64,000 nt of DNA, taken from the NCBI GenBank assembly GCA_963695095.1, contig CAVOFT010000001.1, positions 2,304,001 through 2,368,000 on the forward strand, written 5' to 3'. Positions 54,551-63,784 of the stretch are shown one piece after another. The notes beneath the pieces are model-generated. The model worked only from the letters and a program-made list of their open reading frames with translations, searched no databases and was not told the origin of the DNA. Position numbers and translations under genes: made by a program. Origin of the DNA: an uncultured bacterium. GTDB taxonomy: Bacteria > Krumholzibacteriota > Krumholzibacteriia > JACNKJ01. Each line of letters starts with the position of its first letter. The stretch's first letter is position 1.

Positions 54551-54641
54551 CGGAGAGGCAGGGATTCGAACCCTGGGTGAGCCTTTAAAGCCCACACTCG
54601 CTTAGCAGGCGAGCACCTTCGGCCAACTCGGTCACCTCTCC
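54551..54641 (-). tRNA. tRNA-Ser(GCT)
   Basis: Anticodon arm CTCGC-CT-GCT-AA-GCGAG, long variable arm, GGTTCGAATCC. Confidence 0.96.
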
Positions 54642-54651
54642 CAGCGACAGG

Positions 54652-54733
54652 CGGAGGACGAGGGACTCGAACCCCCAAGGGCAAGCTCCGGCGGTTTTCA
54701 AGACCGCTGCCTTACCAGTTAGGCTAGTCCTCC
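54652..54733 (-). tRNA. tRNA-Ser(TGA)
   Basis: Anticodon arm GCGGT-CT-TGA-AA-ACCGC, GGTTCGAGTCC. Confidence 0.95.
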
Positions 54734-54778
54734 CTGCGCTCGCGCGCACGCAGGATAGCCCTTCCAGAGCCGGGGCGC

Positions 54779-54807
54779 AATATATCAGCGGCGGCGGAAC
54801 CTGTCAA
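54779..54807 (-). promoter_or_regulatory. Near-consensus sigma70 promoter of the tRNA cluster
   Basis: TTGACA-17 nt-TATATT with extended TG and a GC-rich discriminator GCGCCCCG; overlaps the end of the upstream CDS. Confidence 0.8.
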
Positions 54808-55735
54808 TCCACCCCCGGTTAAGCCACTCGTTCTGCTCCAGTTCCCCCGCCGGCACCGCCGGCGCCCCCTCCTCGGGTTCGCCCCGGCGCCCACCCCGCA
54901 AGCGCCGCCAGGCGGCCGCCAGGAAGATCAGGGCCATCAGGAAGAAGAGCGGCGCGGTGCCGAAGAGCAGTCCCCAGCGCCGGAAGCCGGGCATGACGTC
55001 CCCGTCGAAGCGGGCGCTGAAGGCCGCCAGCGACTCGCCGCGGCTGCGCTGCAGCGACTCGGAAAACGGCACCCCTCCCTCGAGCAGCTCGAGGAGGTAT
55101 CCCCAGCTCGCGCTCTCGCGCGCCAGCACCTGCACGGCCGCCTGCGCCTGGGCGTAGGCCAGCTGCGCCCGCGCGCCGCCGGCCGGGAAGCCGTACTCCA
55201 GCTCGCGCAGGGGAATGGCGCTGCCCGTCCAGGCCGCGCGGCCCAGGCGCCAGAGCGCCTCCATGTCCCACTCGCCCGCCCGCAGCTGTGCGTAGCCCTC
55301 GTGGAACCAGCGCGGCACGGCGCCCTGCCCCACCCGCCGATCCAGCAGCACGTGGGCCAGCTCGTGGCGCAGCAGGGCGGCCGCCTGGCCGAGGTCGCGC
55401 ATGTAGGTCTTGTCGAGGAGGATGGTCCGCCCCGGCTCGAGGATGAGACCCGCCGCCCACTCGGGGCTGCGCCCGCCCGCCAGTTCGGCGAAGCGCGCGC
55501 CGTCCGGCGCGAGCACGATGCGGATCGGCGAGGCATCGGCCGGCCGCTCGGCCGCCGGCAGCGCGGCCAGGAAGGCCTCCGTCAGCCGCTGGATCTCCGC
55601 GGCGAGCGCCGCGTCCGCGGCCTCGCTCTCCATTTCCACGGCCGGCAGCGGTGGCAGGGCCGCGGCCAGCGGGCGCGCCGCCAGTCCGCACAGGGCGAGC
55701 AGAACCAGGGTAACCGGGATCCACACCGGCTTCAT
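54785..55735 (-). CDS. Peptidase MA-like zinc metallohydrolase with C-terminal TM helix
   Basis: Signal peptide, PEWAAG, HELAH, PRWFHEG, LAYAQA, C-terminal hydrophobic helix. Confidence 0.82.
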   Translation of the reverse strand: MKPVWIPVTLVLLALCGLAARPLAAALPPLPAVEMESEAADAALAAEIQRLTEAFLAALPAAERPADASPIRIVLAPDGARFAELAGGRSPEWAAGLILEPGRTILLDKTYMRDLGQAAALLRHELAHVLLDRRVGQGAVPRWFHEGYAQLRAGEWDMEALWRLGRAAWTGSAIPLRELEYGFPAGGARAQLAYAQAQAAVQVLARESASWGYLLELLEGGVPFSESLQRSRGESLAAFSARFDGDVMPGFRRWGLLFGTAPLFFLMALIFLAAAWRRLRGGRRGEPEEGAPAVPAGELEQNEWLNRGWIDRFRRR

Positions 55736-55843
55736 GGAATCCTCACAAGGCACTGCCTCCAGGCGAGATGGCGCTACGGCCTCGCCGCGCGCTCGTGCTA
55801 CAATGAAGGTCGAGCCGCCCCCCGGCGAAAGGAAAATCCTCCC

Positions 55844-57073
55844 ATGCGACGCACCCTCGCGGCGGCTCTGGCCGTCTTTGCCCTGCTCGGCCCCGCCGAG
55901 GCTGCCCTCGCCGGCCGTCTCCGCCTCATGAGCTACAACCTGCTCAACTACCCGGGCAGCACGGGCGCGACTCGCGCTCCCCACTTCCAGACCCTCGTGG
56001 CCGCGACCGCCCCGGACCTGCTCGTCGTCCAGGAAATGCTCGGCCAGGCCGGCGTGGATCAGTTCCTCACGCAGGTGCTCGAGCCGCTGGAGCCCGGCCT
56101 CTGGAGCGCGGCGCCCTTCCACGACGGCACCGACACCGATCGCGCCCTCTTCCTGCGCACGGCCTGCGCGGAGGTCATCGCCTACGGCTGGCTGGACACC
56201 GACCTGCGCGACATCGACTGGTGGGACCTGCGCCTCGCCGAGGCGGGTGACACCCTGCGCCTCTACAGCCTCCACCTCAAGGCCAGCCAGGGCAGCACCG
56301 AGGAGCAGCGCCGCTACGCGGAGTGCCTCGTGCTGCGCGCGGATCTCGATGCGCTGCCCCCCGGCCGCGCGGCGCTCGTCTGCGGCGACTTCAATCTCTA
56401 CACCGCGAGCGAGCCGGCCTGGCAGCTCCTGCGCAGCGAAGGCGCGGGCCAGCTCTTCGATCCCCTCGGCGAGGAGGGGCCCTGGCACGACAGCCCCAGC
56501 TTCGCTCCCGTGCACAGCCAGAGCACGCGCACCACGAGCTTCGGCGGCGGCGCCACGGGCGGCCTCGACGACCGCTTCGACTTCGTCCTGCCCGGTGCCG
56601 CCCTCCTGGACGGACTCGGCCTGGAGCTGGATCCCGCCAGCTACTTCGCCCTGGGCAACGACGGCGCCCACCTGAACGTGTCCATCGTCACCGGCGCGAA
56701 CAGCGCGGTCAGCCCCGAGGTCGCCGAGGCCCTGCACCAGGCCAGCGACCACCTGCCCCTGCTCGTCGAGCTGGCCTGGATGGACGACACCGCGGTCGCC
56801 ACGCTGCCGGCGGCGCCCCGGCTCGACGCCTGGCCCAATCCCTTCAATCCGGCCACGCGCCTCGCCTTCAGCCTGCCCACTGCCGGCCGCGCGCGCCTGG
56901 AGGTCTTCGACACCCGCGGCCGCCGCGTCGCCCGCCTGCTGGACGAGGACGCGCCGGCCGGGCCGCTCGCCCTCGACTGGCGCCCGACCCAGCTGCCGGC
57001 CGGTCTCTACCTGGCGGCCCTGCGCCTGGACGGCGCCCTCCTCGCCCGCACGAAGCTGGTCTTGCTGAAGTAG
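55844..57073 (+). CDS. Endonuclease/exonuclease/phosphatase family protein with FlgD-Ig-like C-terminal domain
   Basis: MSYNLLN, VQE, HLKA, GDFN, DDRFD, SDHLP; WPNPFNP...TKLVLLK. Confidence 0.88.
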   Translation: MRRTLAAALAVFALLGPAEAALAGRLRLMSYNLLNYPGSTGATRAPHFQTLVAATAPDLLVVQEMLGQAGVDQFLTQVLEPLEPGLWSAAPFHDGTDTDRALFLRTACAEVIAYGWLDTDLRDIDWWDLRLAEAGDTLRLYSLHLKASQGSTEEQRRYAECLVLRADLDALPPGRAALVCGDFNLYTASEPAWQLLRSEGAGQLFDPLGEEGPWHDSPSFAPVHSQSTRTTSFGGGATGGLDDRFDFVLPGAALLDGLGLELDPASYFALGNDGAHLNVSIVTGANSAVSPEVAEALHQASDHLPLLVELAWMDDTAVATLPAAPRLDAWPNPFNPATRLAFSLPTAGRARLEVFDTRGRRVARLLDEDAPAGPLALDWRPTQLPAGLYLAALRLDGALLARTKLVLLK

Positions 57074-57107
57074 GCTCGCCGCCGGGCGCTGCGGCCGCGG
57101 CGAGGGC

Positions 57108-58202
57108 TCAGTCCGCCCGGGCGATCACCCCGTGGCCGACCACGCGCTGGCCGGAATAGAGCACGAGGCTCTGGCCCGGCGCCGCCGCCCGCGCCGCCTC
57201 GGCCAGGTCGACGCGGAGCGCGCCGGCCTCCCAGCCCCAGCTCGCAACGGCCTGCGCCGGCCCCCGGTAGCGGATGCGCGCCGTGAGCGCGGGCGGCCCC
57301 GGCGCCGCGCCCGCTTCACCGAGCGCAGGGTGCACCCAGGCCTCGCTGCAGAGGAGCCGCGTGGCGGCCAGCGCCTCGGCGTCGCCCACCACCACCTCGC
57401 CCGTGGCCGCGTCCACGCGCGTCACGTAGACGGGCCTCCCTGCAGCCAAGCCCAGACCATGTCGCTGGCCCACGGTGTAGAGGGCCGCGCCCGCGTGCTC
57501 GCCGAGCAGCTTTCCCGCCTCATCCCGCAGGGGGCCGGGCCGGAGCAGCTCCCGCTCGCCGAGGTAGTCGCGCAGCTTGCGGCCGCCGAGAAAGCAGATG
57601 TCCTGGCTCTCGCGCTTCTCGGCCACGTGCAGGCCATGGCGCCGCGCAGCGGCGCGCGTCTCGGCCTTCGTCAGGTCCCCCAGCGGAAAGAGCAGCCAGG
57701 GGTAGAGGGCCGGATCCATGGCCGCGAGGAAGTAGCTCTGGTCCTTCTCGGCATCGGCGGCGCGCGCCAGGAAGCGCTGGCCGCCGGCCGCCTCCAGGCG
57801 GGCGTAGTGGCCCGTGGCCACCGCGTCGAAGCCGCTCGCAGCCGCCTCCTCGACGAAGCGCGGAAAGCGCACCTGCGAGTTGCAGCGCAGGCAGGGATTC
57901 GGCGTGCGCCCGGCCACGTAGTCGCTCTCGAAGCGCTCGATGACCTCGCTGCGAAAGCGCGCGGTCTCGTCGACCACGCGGTGGCCGATGCCGAGCTTGT
58001 CGCAGACGGCGCGCGCGTCGGCCACGGCGTCCACCGAGCAGCAGGAGCGGCCCGGCAGCTCGTCCGTCTCGGCGAAGCAGAAGTTCTTGGTGGTGGCCCC
58101 TTCGACGAGGGCGCCCTGCTCGATGAGCAGGGCGGCGGCTGCCGAGGAGTCGACGCCGCCGCTCATCGCCACGAGCACGCGGCGGCCGGCCAGGGGCATC
58201 AT
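57108..58202 (-). CDS. mnmA: tRNA 2-thiouridine(34) synthase
   Basis: AMSGGVDSS, TPNPCLRCN, ATGHYA, KDQSYFL, ESQDICF, YTVGQR, PGQ. Confidence 0.97.
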   Translation of the reverse strand: MMPLAGRRVLVAMSGGVDSSAAAALLIEQGALVEGATTKNFCFAETDELPGRSCCSVDAVADARAVCDKLGIGHRVVDETARFRSEVIERFESDYVAGRTPNPCLRCNSQVRFPRFVEEAAASGFDAVATGHYARLEAAGGQRFLARAADAEKDQSYFLAAMDPALYPWLLFPLGDLTKAETRAAARRHGLHVAEKRESQDICFLGGRKLRDYLGERELLRPGPLRDEAGKLLGEHAGAALYTVGQRHGLGLAAGRPVYVTRVDAATGEVVVGDAEALAATRLLCSEAWVHPALGEAGAAPGPPALTARIRYRGPAQAVASWGWEAGALRVDLAEAARAAAPGQSLVLYSGQRVVGHGVIARAD

Positions 58203-58483
58203 CGGATCACGTAGCCGCGCGCGCGGGCCAACTCCTCCTTGGCCTTCTCGAGCAGCGTCTCCCACTCGTTGCTGCCGTGCTCGATCTTGCGCGAGTAGCT
58301 CTCCAGGCGCGCGACAGCCGCCTCGTTGATCTCTTCCTCGATCTCGAGGTCCTGCGTGATCCAGATCTCCAGCTGGTCGAGGAAGGCCCGCTCGGTGAGG
58401 GTGATGTCCACCAGCTCCTCGTCGAGCAGGCGGTCGGCCAGGCGGCCGGCGATCACCTCGATGCGCTCCTCGCTCAGCCTCAC
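58199..58483 (-). CDS. DUF507-like small protein
   Basis: GTG start, RLSEERI...EEEINE...KEELARARGYVI; 4-nt overlaps with both neighbours. Confidence 0.75.
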   Translation of the reverse strand: MRLSEERIEVIAGRLADRLLDEELVDITLTERAFLDQLEIWITQDLEIEEEINEAAVARLESYSRKIEHGSNEWETLLEKAKEELARARGYVIR

Positions 58484-58761
58484 AGCGTGTACCCCCGCTT
58501 GCGGGCCAGCTCTTGCTTCAGCTTGCGGCGGAGCAGCATCTGGTCCAGGTCCTGATGGGCGATCTGCCGCTCGTACTGGTCGAGCAGGGTGCTCACCTCG
58601 TCGTCGATCTCGTCCTCGATGCGCAACTCCTCGGTGATCTCCCAGGCGATGATGCGCTCCAGCTCGTCGGGCTCGATGTTGAAGGCCACGCCCTCGTGCT
58701 CGCGCATCAGGCGGAGCAGCTTCTCGGCCAGGTAGTCGATCTTGTGCGGGCTCAGGCGCAT
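58480..58761 (-). CDS. DUF507-like small protein
   Basis: MRLSPHKIDYLA...EDEIDDEV...KQELARKRGYTL. Confidence 0.8.
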   Translation of the reverse strand: MRLSPHKIDYLAEKLLRLMREHEGVAFNIEPDELERIIAWEITEELRIEDEIDDEVSTLLDQYERQIAHQDLDQMLLRRKLKQELARKRGYTL

Positions 58762-58895
58762 GGGTCTCCTCGGATAGACCGGAATCTAGACGAGCTTGCC
58801 GCCGCTGTAAAGCCCTGCCGGCCGGCGGCCCCCTGTGCCCGCTTCTTGCAATCTCTCCAGGCGCGGGCCCCGGCCGGGGAGCCCCGGGAGGTCGC

Positions 58896-60581
58896 ATGCG
58901 CAAGCGGGAGGAGCCGGCGGGCACGAACGGGCAGTTCGCGCGCTGGTGCCAGCTCCAGCGGGAGATGCAGGCCGCGCTCGAGGCGCGGCTTGCCGCCCTG
59001 CTCGAGCCGCTGCCGCCCTACCTGACCAGCTACCGCGAACACTTCGAACAGAGCTTCCCGGCCTGGACGGGCCGCGAGCTCGCCCCCGGCGAGCTGGACG
59101 CCCGCCTGGCCGCGGCCGATCTCATCCTCGTCGGCGACTTCCACAGCCTCGCCCAGTCGCAGCGCTCGGCCCTGCGCCTCGCGCGCCGCATGCAGCGCCG
59201 CGGCCTCGCCCCGGCGCTCGCGCTGGAGATGCTGCCCGCCGAGCGCCAGGACCTGCTCGACGCTTTCCTCGCCGGCCGCCTCTCGCGCGCCCGCTTCGCC
59301 CGCGAGGTCGAGCGGGAGCGGCTCTGGGACTTCCCCTGGCATCCGGTGCAGACCCTGCTCGACTTCGCTCGCTATCATCGCCTGCCCGTCATCGCGCTCA
59401 ACACGCGCCCGCGCCGCGCCGAGCGCGCGCTGCCGGAACGGGATCGCCAGGCCGCCGACCTGCTCGCCGCCCAGCGCCGCCGCGAACCGGCGCGACCCCT
59501 GCTCGCGCTCATCGGGGATTACCATCTCGCCGGCGACCACCTGCCCGCGGCCGCTGCCCGCGCCTGGACCCGGGCGGGGCTCGCGCCGGCCCGCGTCCTG
59601 CGCGTCTTCCAGAATCACGAGCCGCTCTTCTGGCAGAGCCTGGGCCCGCGCGGGCGCGCGGCGGAGATCCTCGCCCTGGCCGGGGGCGATCTCTGCATCC
59701 AGAGCGCGACGCCGCTGATGAAGCTGCAGTCCTACGTGCACTGGCTCAGCTTCCACGCGGGCGAGCGCGAGGACTGGAGCCTGCCCGACCCCGCCGAACT
59801 CAGCGAGGACCTCGGCCTGGAAGTGGATGCCCTGCTCCGGCGCATGGCCCGCTTCCTGCGCATCCCCCTGCTCGAGCAGGCGCCGCCGCAGGTGTTCTGG
59901 ATCGCCGAGCCGGACTTCGCGCGCCGCATCGCCGGCAGCGCCGGCTGGCGGGAAGAGGAGCTGGCGCTCGTGCTGGCCTCGCTGCGGGCGGGCGAGGACT
60001 GCTACCTGCGCGAGCGCGACCTGGCGGTGATCGCGGACCCGAGCGCCAATCGCCTCGCCGAGCTGGCGGCGCGCATCCTGCACAGCCGCACGAGCCGCCT
60101 CGTCCTGCGCCCGCGCGGCCTCGCCGACGACTTCTACCTGCGCGTCGTCCTGTCCACCCTGCACTTCCTCGGCTCCCTGCTCATCAATCCCCTGCGCAAG
60201 AGCCAGGACAAGCCGGCCCTGCTGCGCTACCTGCGCGAGGACGAGAGCGGCGACTGGAGCGGCCGCGCCGAGTTGCTGCTCGCCTATCTCGAGGCGGAGG
60301 ACCGCTTCCAGCGCGACGGCGAGCTGAGCGGCTTCGCGATGCGCTTCTTCAACCTGGAGGCGCCCCTGCACCGCGCGCTGACGCGCGCCGTGGGCCGCAG
60401 CCTGGCCAGTCGCCTGCACGCCGCCCTGCTCGCGGATGCCCTGGACCCGATCTGGCTGCGCGAGCTCTGGTGCGAGCCCTTCCGCCTGGAGGGCAGTCCG
60501 CTCAGGCGCTACATCGAGATGCTCGAGCAACTCGGCGGCGAGCGCGCCCGGCTGCTGCGCCTGGAGTCCGAGCGGCTCTAG
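58896..60581 (+). CDS. ChaN-like domain protein with an unrecognised C-terminal region
   Basis: LILVGDFH, LALEML, PVIALN, ERD, IGDYH resemble ChaN/EreA-like motifs; no signal peptide. Confidence 0.6.
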   Translation: MRKREEPAGTNGQFARWCQLQREMQAALEARLAALLEPLPPYLTSYREHFEQSFPAWTGRELAPGELDARLAAADLILVGDFHSLAQSQRSALRLARRMQRRGLAPALALEMLPAERQDLLDAFLAGRLSRARFAREVERERLWDFPWHPVQTLLDFARYHRLPVIALNTRPRRAERALPERDRQAADLLAAQRRREPARPLLALIGDYHLAGDHLPAAAARAWTRAGLAPARVLRVFQNHEPLFWQSLGPRGRAAEILALAGGDLCIQSATPLMKLQSYVHWLSFHAGEREDWSLPDPAELSEDLGLEVDALLRRMARFLRIPLLEQAPPQVFWIAEPDFARRIAGSAGWREEELALVLASLRAGEDCYLRERDLAVIADPSANRLAELAARILHSRTSRLVLRPRGLADDFYLRVVLSTLHFLGSLLINPLRKSQDKPALLRYLREDESGDWSGRAELLLAYLEAEDRFQRDGELSGFAMRFFNLEAPLHRALTRAVGRSLASRLHAALLADALDPIWLRELWCEPFRLEGSPLRRYIEMLEQLGGERARLLRLESERL

Positions 60582-60994
60582 CCCCTGCGCGCGGCGATGG
60601 CGGGCAGGCGGGCGAGCAGGCGGGCGTCGGCGGCCGGAAAGGCGTAGCGGCCCAGGGCCTCCGGCTCCACCCAGGCCAGGGCCTGGCCGGCCAGGCCGCG
60701 GGGCTCGCCCGCGAAGCGCGGGCACAGGTGCACGATCAGGGTGAGGCGGAGGTGCGGGTAGTCGTGGTCGATGCGCTCGATCTCCGCGCCCACCTCGACC
60801 GCGATGCCGAGCTCCTCGGCCAACTCGCGGGCCAGGGCAAGGGCAGGCGTCTCGCCCAACTCGATCTTGCCGCCCGGAAACTCCCAGACCTCGCCCAGGG
60901 GATCGCCCGCCGGCCGGCGGGCGATGAGCACGCGCCCCTCGCGGAAGAGGAGACCGGCCACCACCCGGATGCGCTCGCCGCCCGCGGCCACCAT
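60578..60994 (-). CDS. MutT/NudG-type NUDIX hydrolase
   Basis: WEFPGGKIELGETPALALARELAEELG NUDIX box; FPAAD. Confidence 0.9.
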   Translation of the reverse strand: MVAAGGERIRVVAGLLFREGRVLIARRPAGDPLGEVWEFPGGKIELGETPALALARELAEELGIAVEVGAEIERIDHDYPHLRLTLIVHLCPRFAGEPRGLAGQALAWVEPEALGRYAFPAADARLLARLPAIAARRG

Positions 60995-60999
60995 CGCGC

Positions 61000-61305
61000 T
61001 CAGCGCTCGAGGCGGCGGCCCAGCCGGGCCTCGAGCGCAGCCGTCTTGCTCTGCAGGCCGCCCGTCACGCCCGCCCGGTCGTCGATCTTGATCAGGGTGG
61101 ACACCCGGCCGGCCCGCGCGCGCATCAAGGCGTGGCAGCGCTTGACGAGATCCATCACCGGATCCCAGTCCCCTTCGATCGTCGTGCCCATGGGGCCGAC
61201 CTGGTAGGGCAGGCCGCTCTTGTCGATGAGATCCAGGACGGCGGCGACGTCCTCGCTCAGGCTCTCGCCCTTGCCGAAGGGAGCGATGGTGAGAAAGACG
61301 AGCAT
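61000..61305 (-). CDS. MTH1187/YkoF-like thiamine-binding family protein
   Basis: SGLPYQVGPMGTTIEGDW, RVSTLIKIDDR. Confidence 0.88.
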   Translation of the reverse strand: MLVFLTIAPFGKGESLSEDVAAVLDLIDKSGLPYQVGPMGTTIEGDWDPVMDLVKRCHALMRARAGRVSTLIKIDDRAGVTGGLQSKTAALEARLGRRLER

Positions 61306-61307
61306 GA

Positions 61308-62006
61308 TCAGTCTCGCGATCCGCGCAGGATGAGCAGGCGCACGAGATGCATGACGCTGACCGCGGCGGCGGCGACATAGGTGAGCGCAGCGGCATCGAG
61401 CACCTTCTTGGCGCCGGCCGCCTCGTCCACCTCGAGATAGCGGCCGTCCTTGAGGAGAGCCAGCGCCCGCCGGCTGGCGTCGAACTCCACGGGCAGCGTG
61501 ACCATGTGGAAGAGCACGGCCCCGGCGAAGAAGATGATGCCCACGTCCATCAGCACGCGCACGCTGCTGAAGATGAAGCCGATGAAGAAGAGCGGGAAGG
61601 CCAGCGTGCTGGCGAAGCCGACCGTGGGCGCCATGGCGCTGCGCAGGGCAAGCGGCGCCCAGCTCTGGCCATGCTGCAGCGCGTGACCGGTCTCGTGGGC
61701 GGCGATGGCGAGGGAAGCCAGGCTGGCGCCGTCGTGCACGGCCGGGCTCAGGTTCACCGTGCGGTTGCGGGGGTCGTAGTGATCGTCGAGCTGGCCCTGC
61801 GTGGAGCGCACGCTGACGCGCGCCAGCCCCTGCTCGCGCAGCAGGCGCTCGGCCACCTCGCGGCCGCTGATGCCGCGGCGGGAGGCGACCTGGAGCCCGG
61901 CCTGATAGGCGCTCTTGACGCGCATCTGGGCCCAGAGGCCGAAGAGCATGGCCGGAATGAGGAGGATGAAGGTGGGGTCCCAGAAGAGGAATGCAAAGAC
62001 GGGCAT
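61308..62006 (-). CDS. YugP-like neutral zinc metallopeptidase
   Basis: LDDHYDP, AAHETGHALQ, TLPVEFDASRRA, AAALTYVA. Confidence 0.92.
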   Translation of the reverse strand: MPVFAFLFWDPTFILLIPAMLFGLWAQMRVKSAYQAGLQVASRRGISGREVAERLLREQGLARVSVRSTQGQLDDHYDPRNRTVNLSPAVHDGASLASLAIAAHETGHALQHGQSWAPLALRSAMAPTVGFASTLAFPLFFIGFIFSSVRVLMDVGIIFFAGAVLFHMVTLPVEFDASRRALALLKDGRYLEVDEAAGAKKVLDAAALTYVAAAAVSVMHLVRLLILRGSRD

Positions 62007-62024
62007 GGTCGCCTCCGGGCGCTG

Positions 62025-62312
62025 TCAGTCCTGTCCAGGGTCCTCGTCGGCGGCGGCCGCGTCCGCGGCCCCGCTCCGGAAGTCGGCGAGCACCTCGCGA
62101 GCCTGCTCCAGATCGCGGCGATAGACCCTGAGTTCCGCATGGCCGCGCTGGCTCTCGAAGATGCCGTCGTAGGGAGTCGAGTGCCAGGTCACGAGCTGGT
62201 TGGCGATGCCCCGATCGGCCAGCAGGCCCTCCAGGACCTGGGCCTCGATGGGCGTCTCCACCGTGCAGAGCGCGACGAGCTCCAGATCGCCCTCGCTGGT
62301 GTCCTTGTTCAT
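62025..62312 (-). CDS. DUF2007-like small protein
   Basis: EAQVLEGLLADRGI...LRVYRRDLEQAREVL pattern. Confidence 0.7.
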   Translation of the reverse strand: MNKDTSEGDLELVALCTVETPIEAQVLEGLLADRGIANQLVTWHSTPYDGIFESQRGHAELRVYRRDLEQAREVLADFRSGAADAAAADEDPGQD

Positions 62313-62428
62313 GGCAGCTCCTCCCTGGCAACAGACCCAATATAGTCCCCCGGGCCCGCCACTTCACGCCCTTTGCGCCGGGCCGGCGCCATTGCCTTGC
62401 CACTGCCGCAGTTCCGGCATCTGCAGCA

Positions 62429-62457
62429 TTGACAAGCGCCCCGGCATCCCCTAGTTT
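62429..62457 (+). promoter_or_regulatory. Sigma70-type promoter
   Basis: TTGACA-17 nt-TAGTTT about 50 nt upstream of 62506. Confidence 0.65.
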
Positions 62458-62505
62458 TCTCGGGACTCCCCAGAGCCCCAAGGATACCGGAGGTCAGCGG
62501 AAGCC

Positions 62506-63390
62506 ATGTTCAAGCGGCCCGCGATGCTCATCGCCTTGACCGCGACCCTCGTCGCCGCCCTGCCGCCGTCGCCCGCCCAGGCCATCCTGCTGGGCAACCA
62601 CCAGATCACGCTCGACTTGCTCGGCACGACGCAGTACTTCGACTTCGCCGAGTTCAAGGAGCACGAGTTCCCCGTGCAGGGGCTGGACTGGGGCTTCAGG
62701 CTGCAGGATCTCTACGACGTCGACTTCCGGGATCCGGAGATCCCCTTCGACTCGCCGCTGCAGAACCGGAACGCCCTCAAGCTCGGGCTGGTGGGGAACC
62801 TGGATGTCGGCCTGCGCATCCGCACGGCCATCCGGCCGCGCTGGGGCATCGAAGGCTACTTCAAGTACACGCCCGTGGATCTCATCATCGAATACAATGG
62901 TCAGAACCTCTCCGAGGCCAGCTTCACGCGCTACTCGGGGGTCACCAATCCCGAGAACGCGGACACCGAGGACTTGCTCAACTGGGTGGTCGGGGACTAC
63001 CCCACCTACCACGTCGTGCGCTTCGGCGCCAATCTGGACTACGTCTTCTACCGGGGCCATAGCAACGCGCTGAACTTCTACGGCGCGGTCGGCGGCGGCG
63101 TCGTGAGCTACCGCATGTCGGGCAAGCTCTACGTCCCCACCGACTACCCCGATGACCAGGACGTGCCCAGCGCGCCCGAGGACCTCAGCTACCTCATGCC
63201 CAACGATACCTTCCTGTCCGGCAATCTGGGCCTGGGCGGCATCTTCTTCGTCCACCGGCTCTTCGGCATCAACGTGGATCTGCGCGCCTCCTATACGCCC
63301 TTCGAGCTGAAGCGCGTGGAGAGCTTCGACACCAGCAAGCAGCACTGGATCATGAGCGCGAGCATCGGCTACACCTTCCGGCTCGGCTAG
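62506..63390 (+). CDS. Probable outer-membrane beta-barrel protein
   Basis: Signal peptide; strands FYGAVGGGV, GNLGLGGIFF, GINVDLR, SASIGYTF. Confidence 0.7.
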   Translation: MFKRPAMLIALTATLVAALPPSPAQAILLGNHQITLDLLGTTQYFDFAEFKEHEFPVQGLDWGFRLQDLYDVDFRDPEIPFDSPLQNRNALKLGLVGNLDVGLRIRTAIRPRWGIEGYFKYTPVDLIIEYNGQNLSEASFTRYSGVTNPENADTEDLLNWVVGDYPTYHVVRFGANLDYVFYRGHSNALNFYGAVGGGVVSYRMSGKLYVPTDYPDDQDVPSAPEDLSYLMPNDTFLSGNLGLGGIFFVHRLFGINVDLRASYTPFELKRVESFDTSKQHWIMSASIGYTFRLG

Positions 63391-63458
63391 GCTCGGCGTC
63401 GCCGGGCTCGATCCCCCTGGCAGGCACGCCTCCGATCGCAGATCGGAGGCGTTTCGCT

Positions 63459-63707
63459 TCAGGCCTGGGCCGTCGGATCCTCGTGCATGCGCAGGGGCGG
63501 GATCTTGTACTTGCGGTCGATCATGCGGATCTCGTCGAAGGCCTCCCGGATCCGAACCTGGAGTTCCGCCAGGCGCTCCTGCTCGGCCGGCGCCAGCGGC
63601 TGGCCGTCCTTGCGCCGCCAGTGGCTGCGGTACTTCTCCCGTAGCAGCGCGTGCAGACGGGTCTCCAGTTCGGCGAAACGGGCCTGGTCGCCAGTGGCAT
63701 CGCTCAT
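63459..63707 (-). CDS. Small hypothetical protein
   Basis: 82-aa helical ORF with a GAAGG site and host-like codons. Confidence 0.65.
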   Translation of the reverse strand: MSDATGDQARFAELETRLHALLREKYRSHWRRKDGQPLAPAEQERLAELQVRIREAFDEIRMIDRKYKIPPLRMHEDPTAQA

Positions 63708-63784
63708 CAGTCACCTTCCCCGTTGATCGACGGCTAGGGCCAATATAGCATGCGCAGGAGCGCCTGCCACCTTATCCGCATCCG

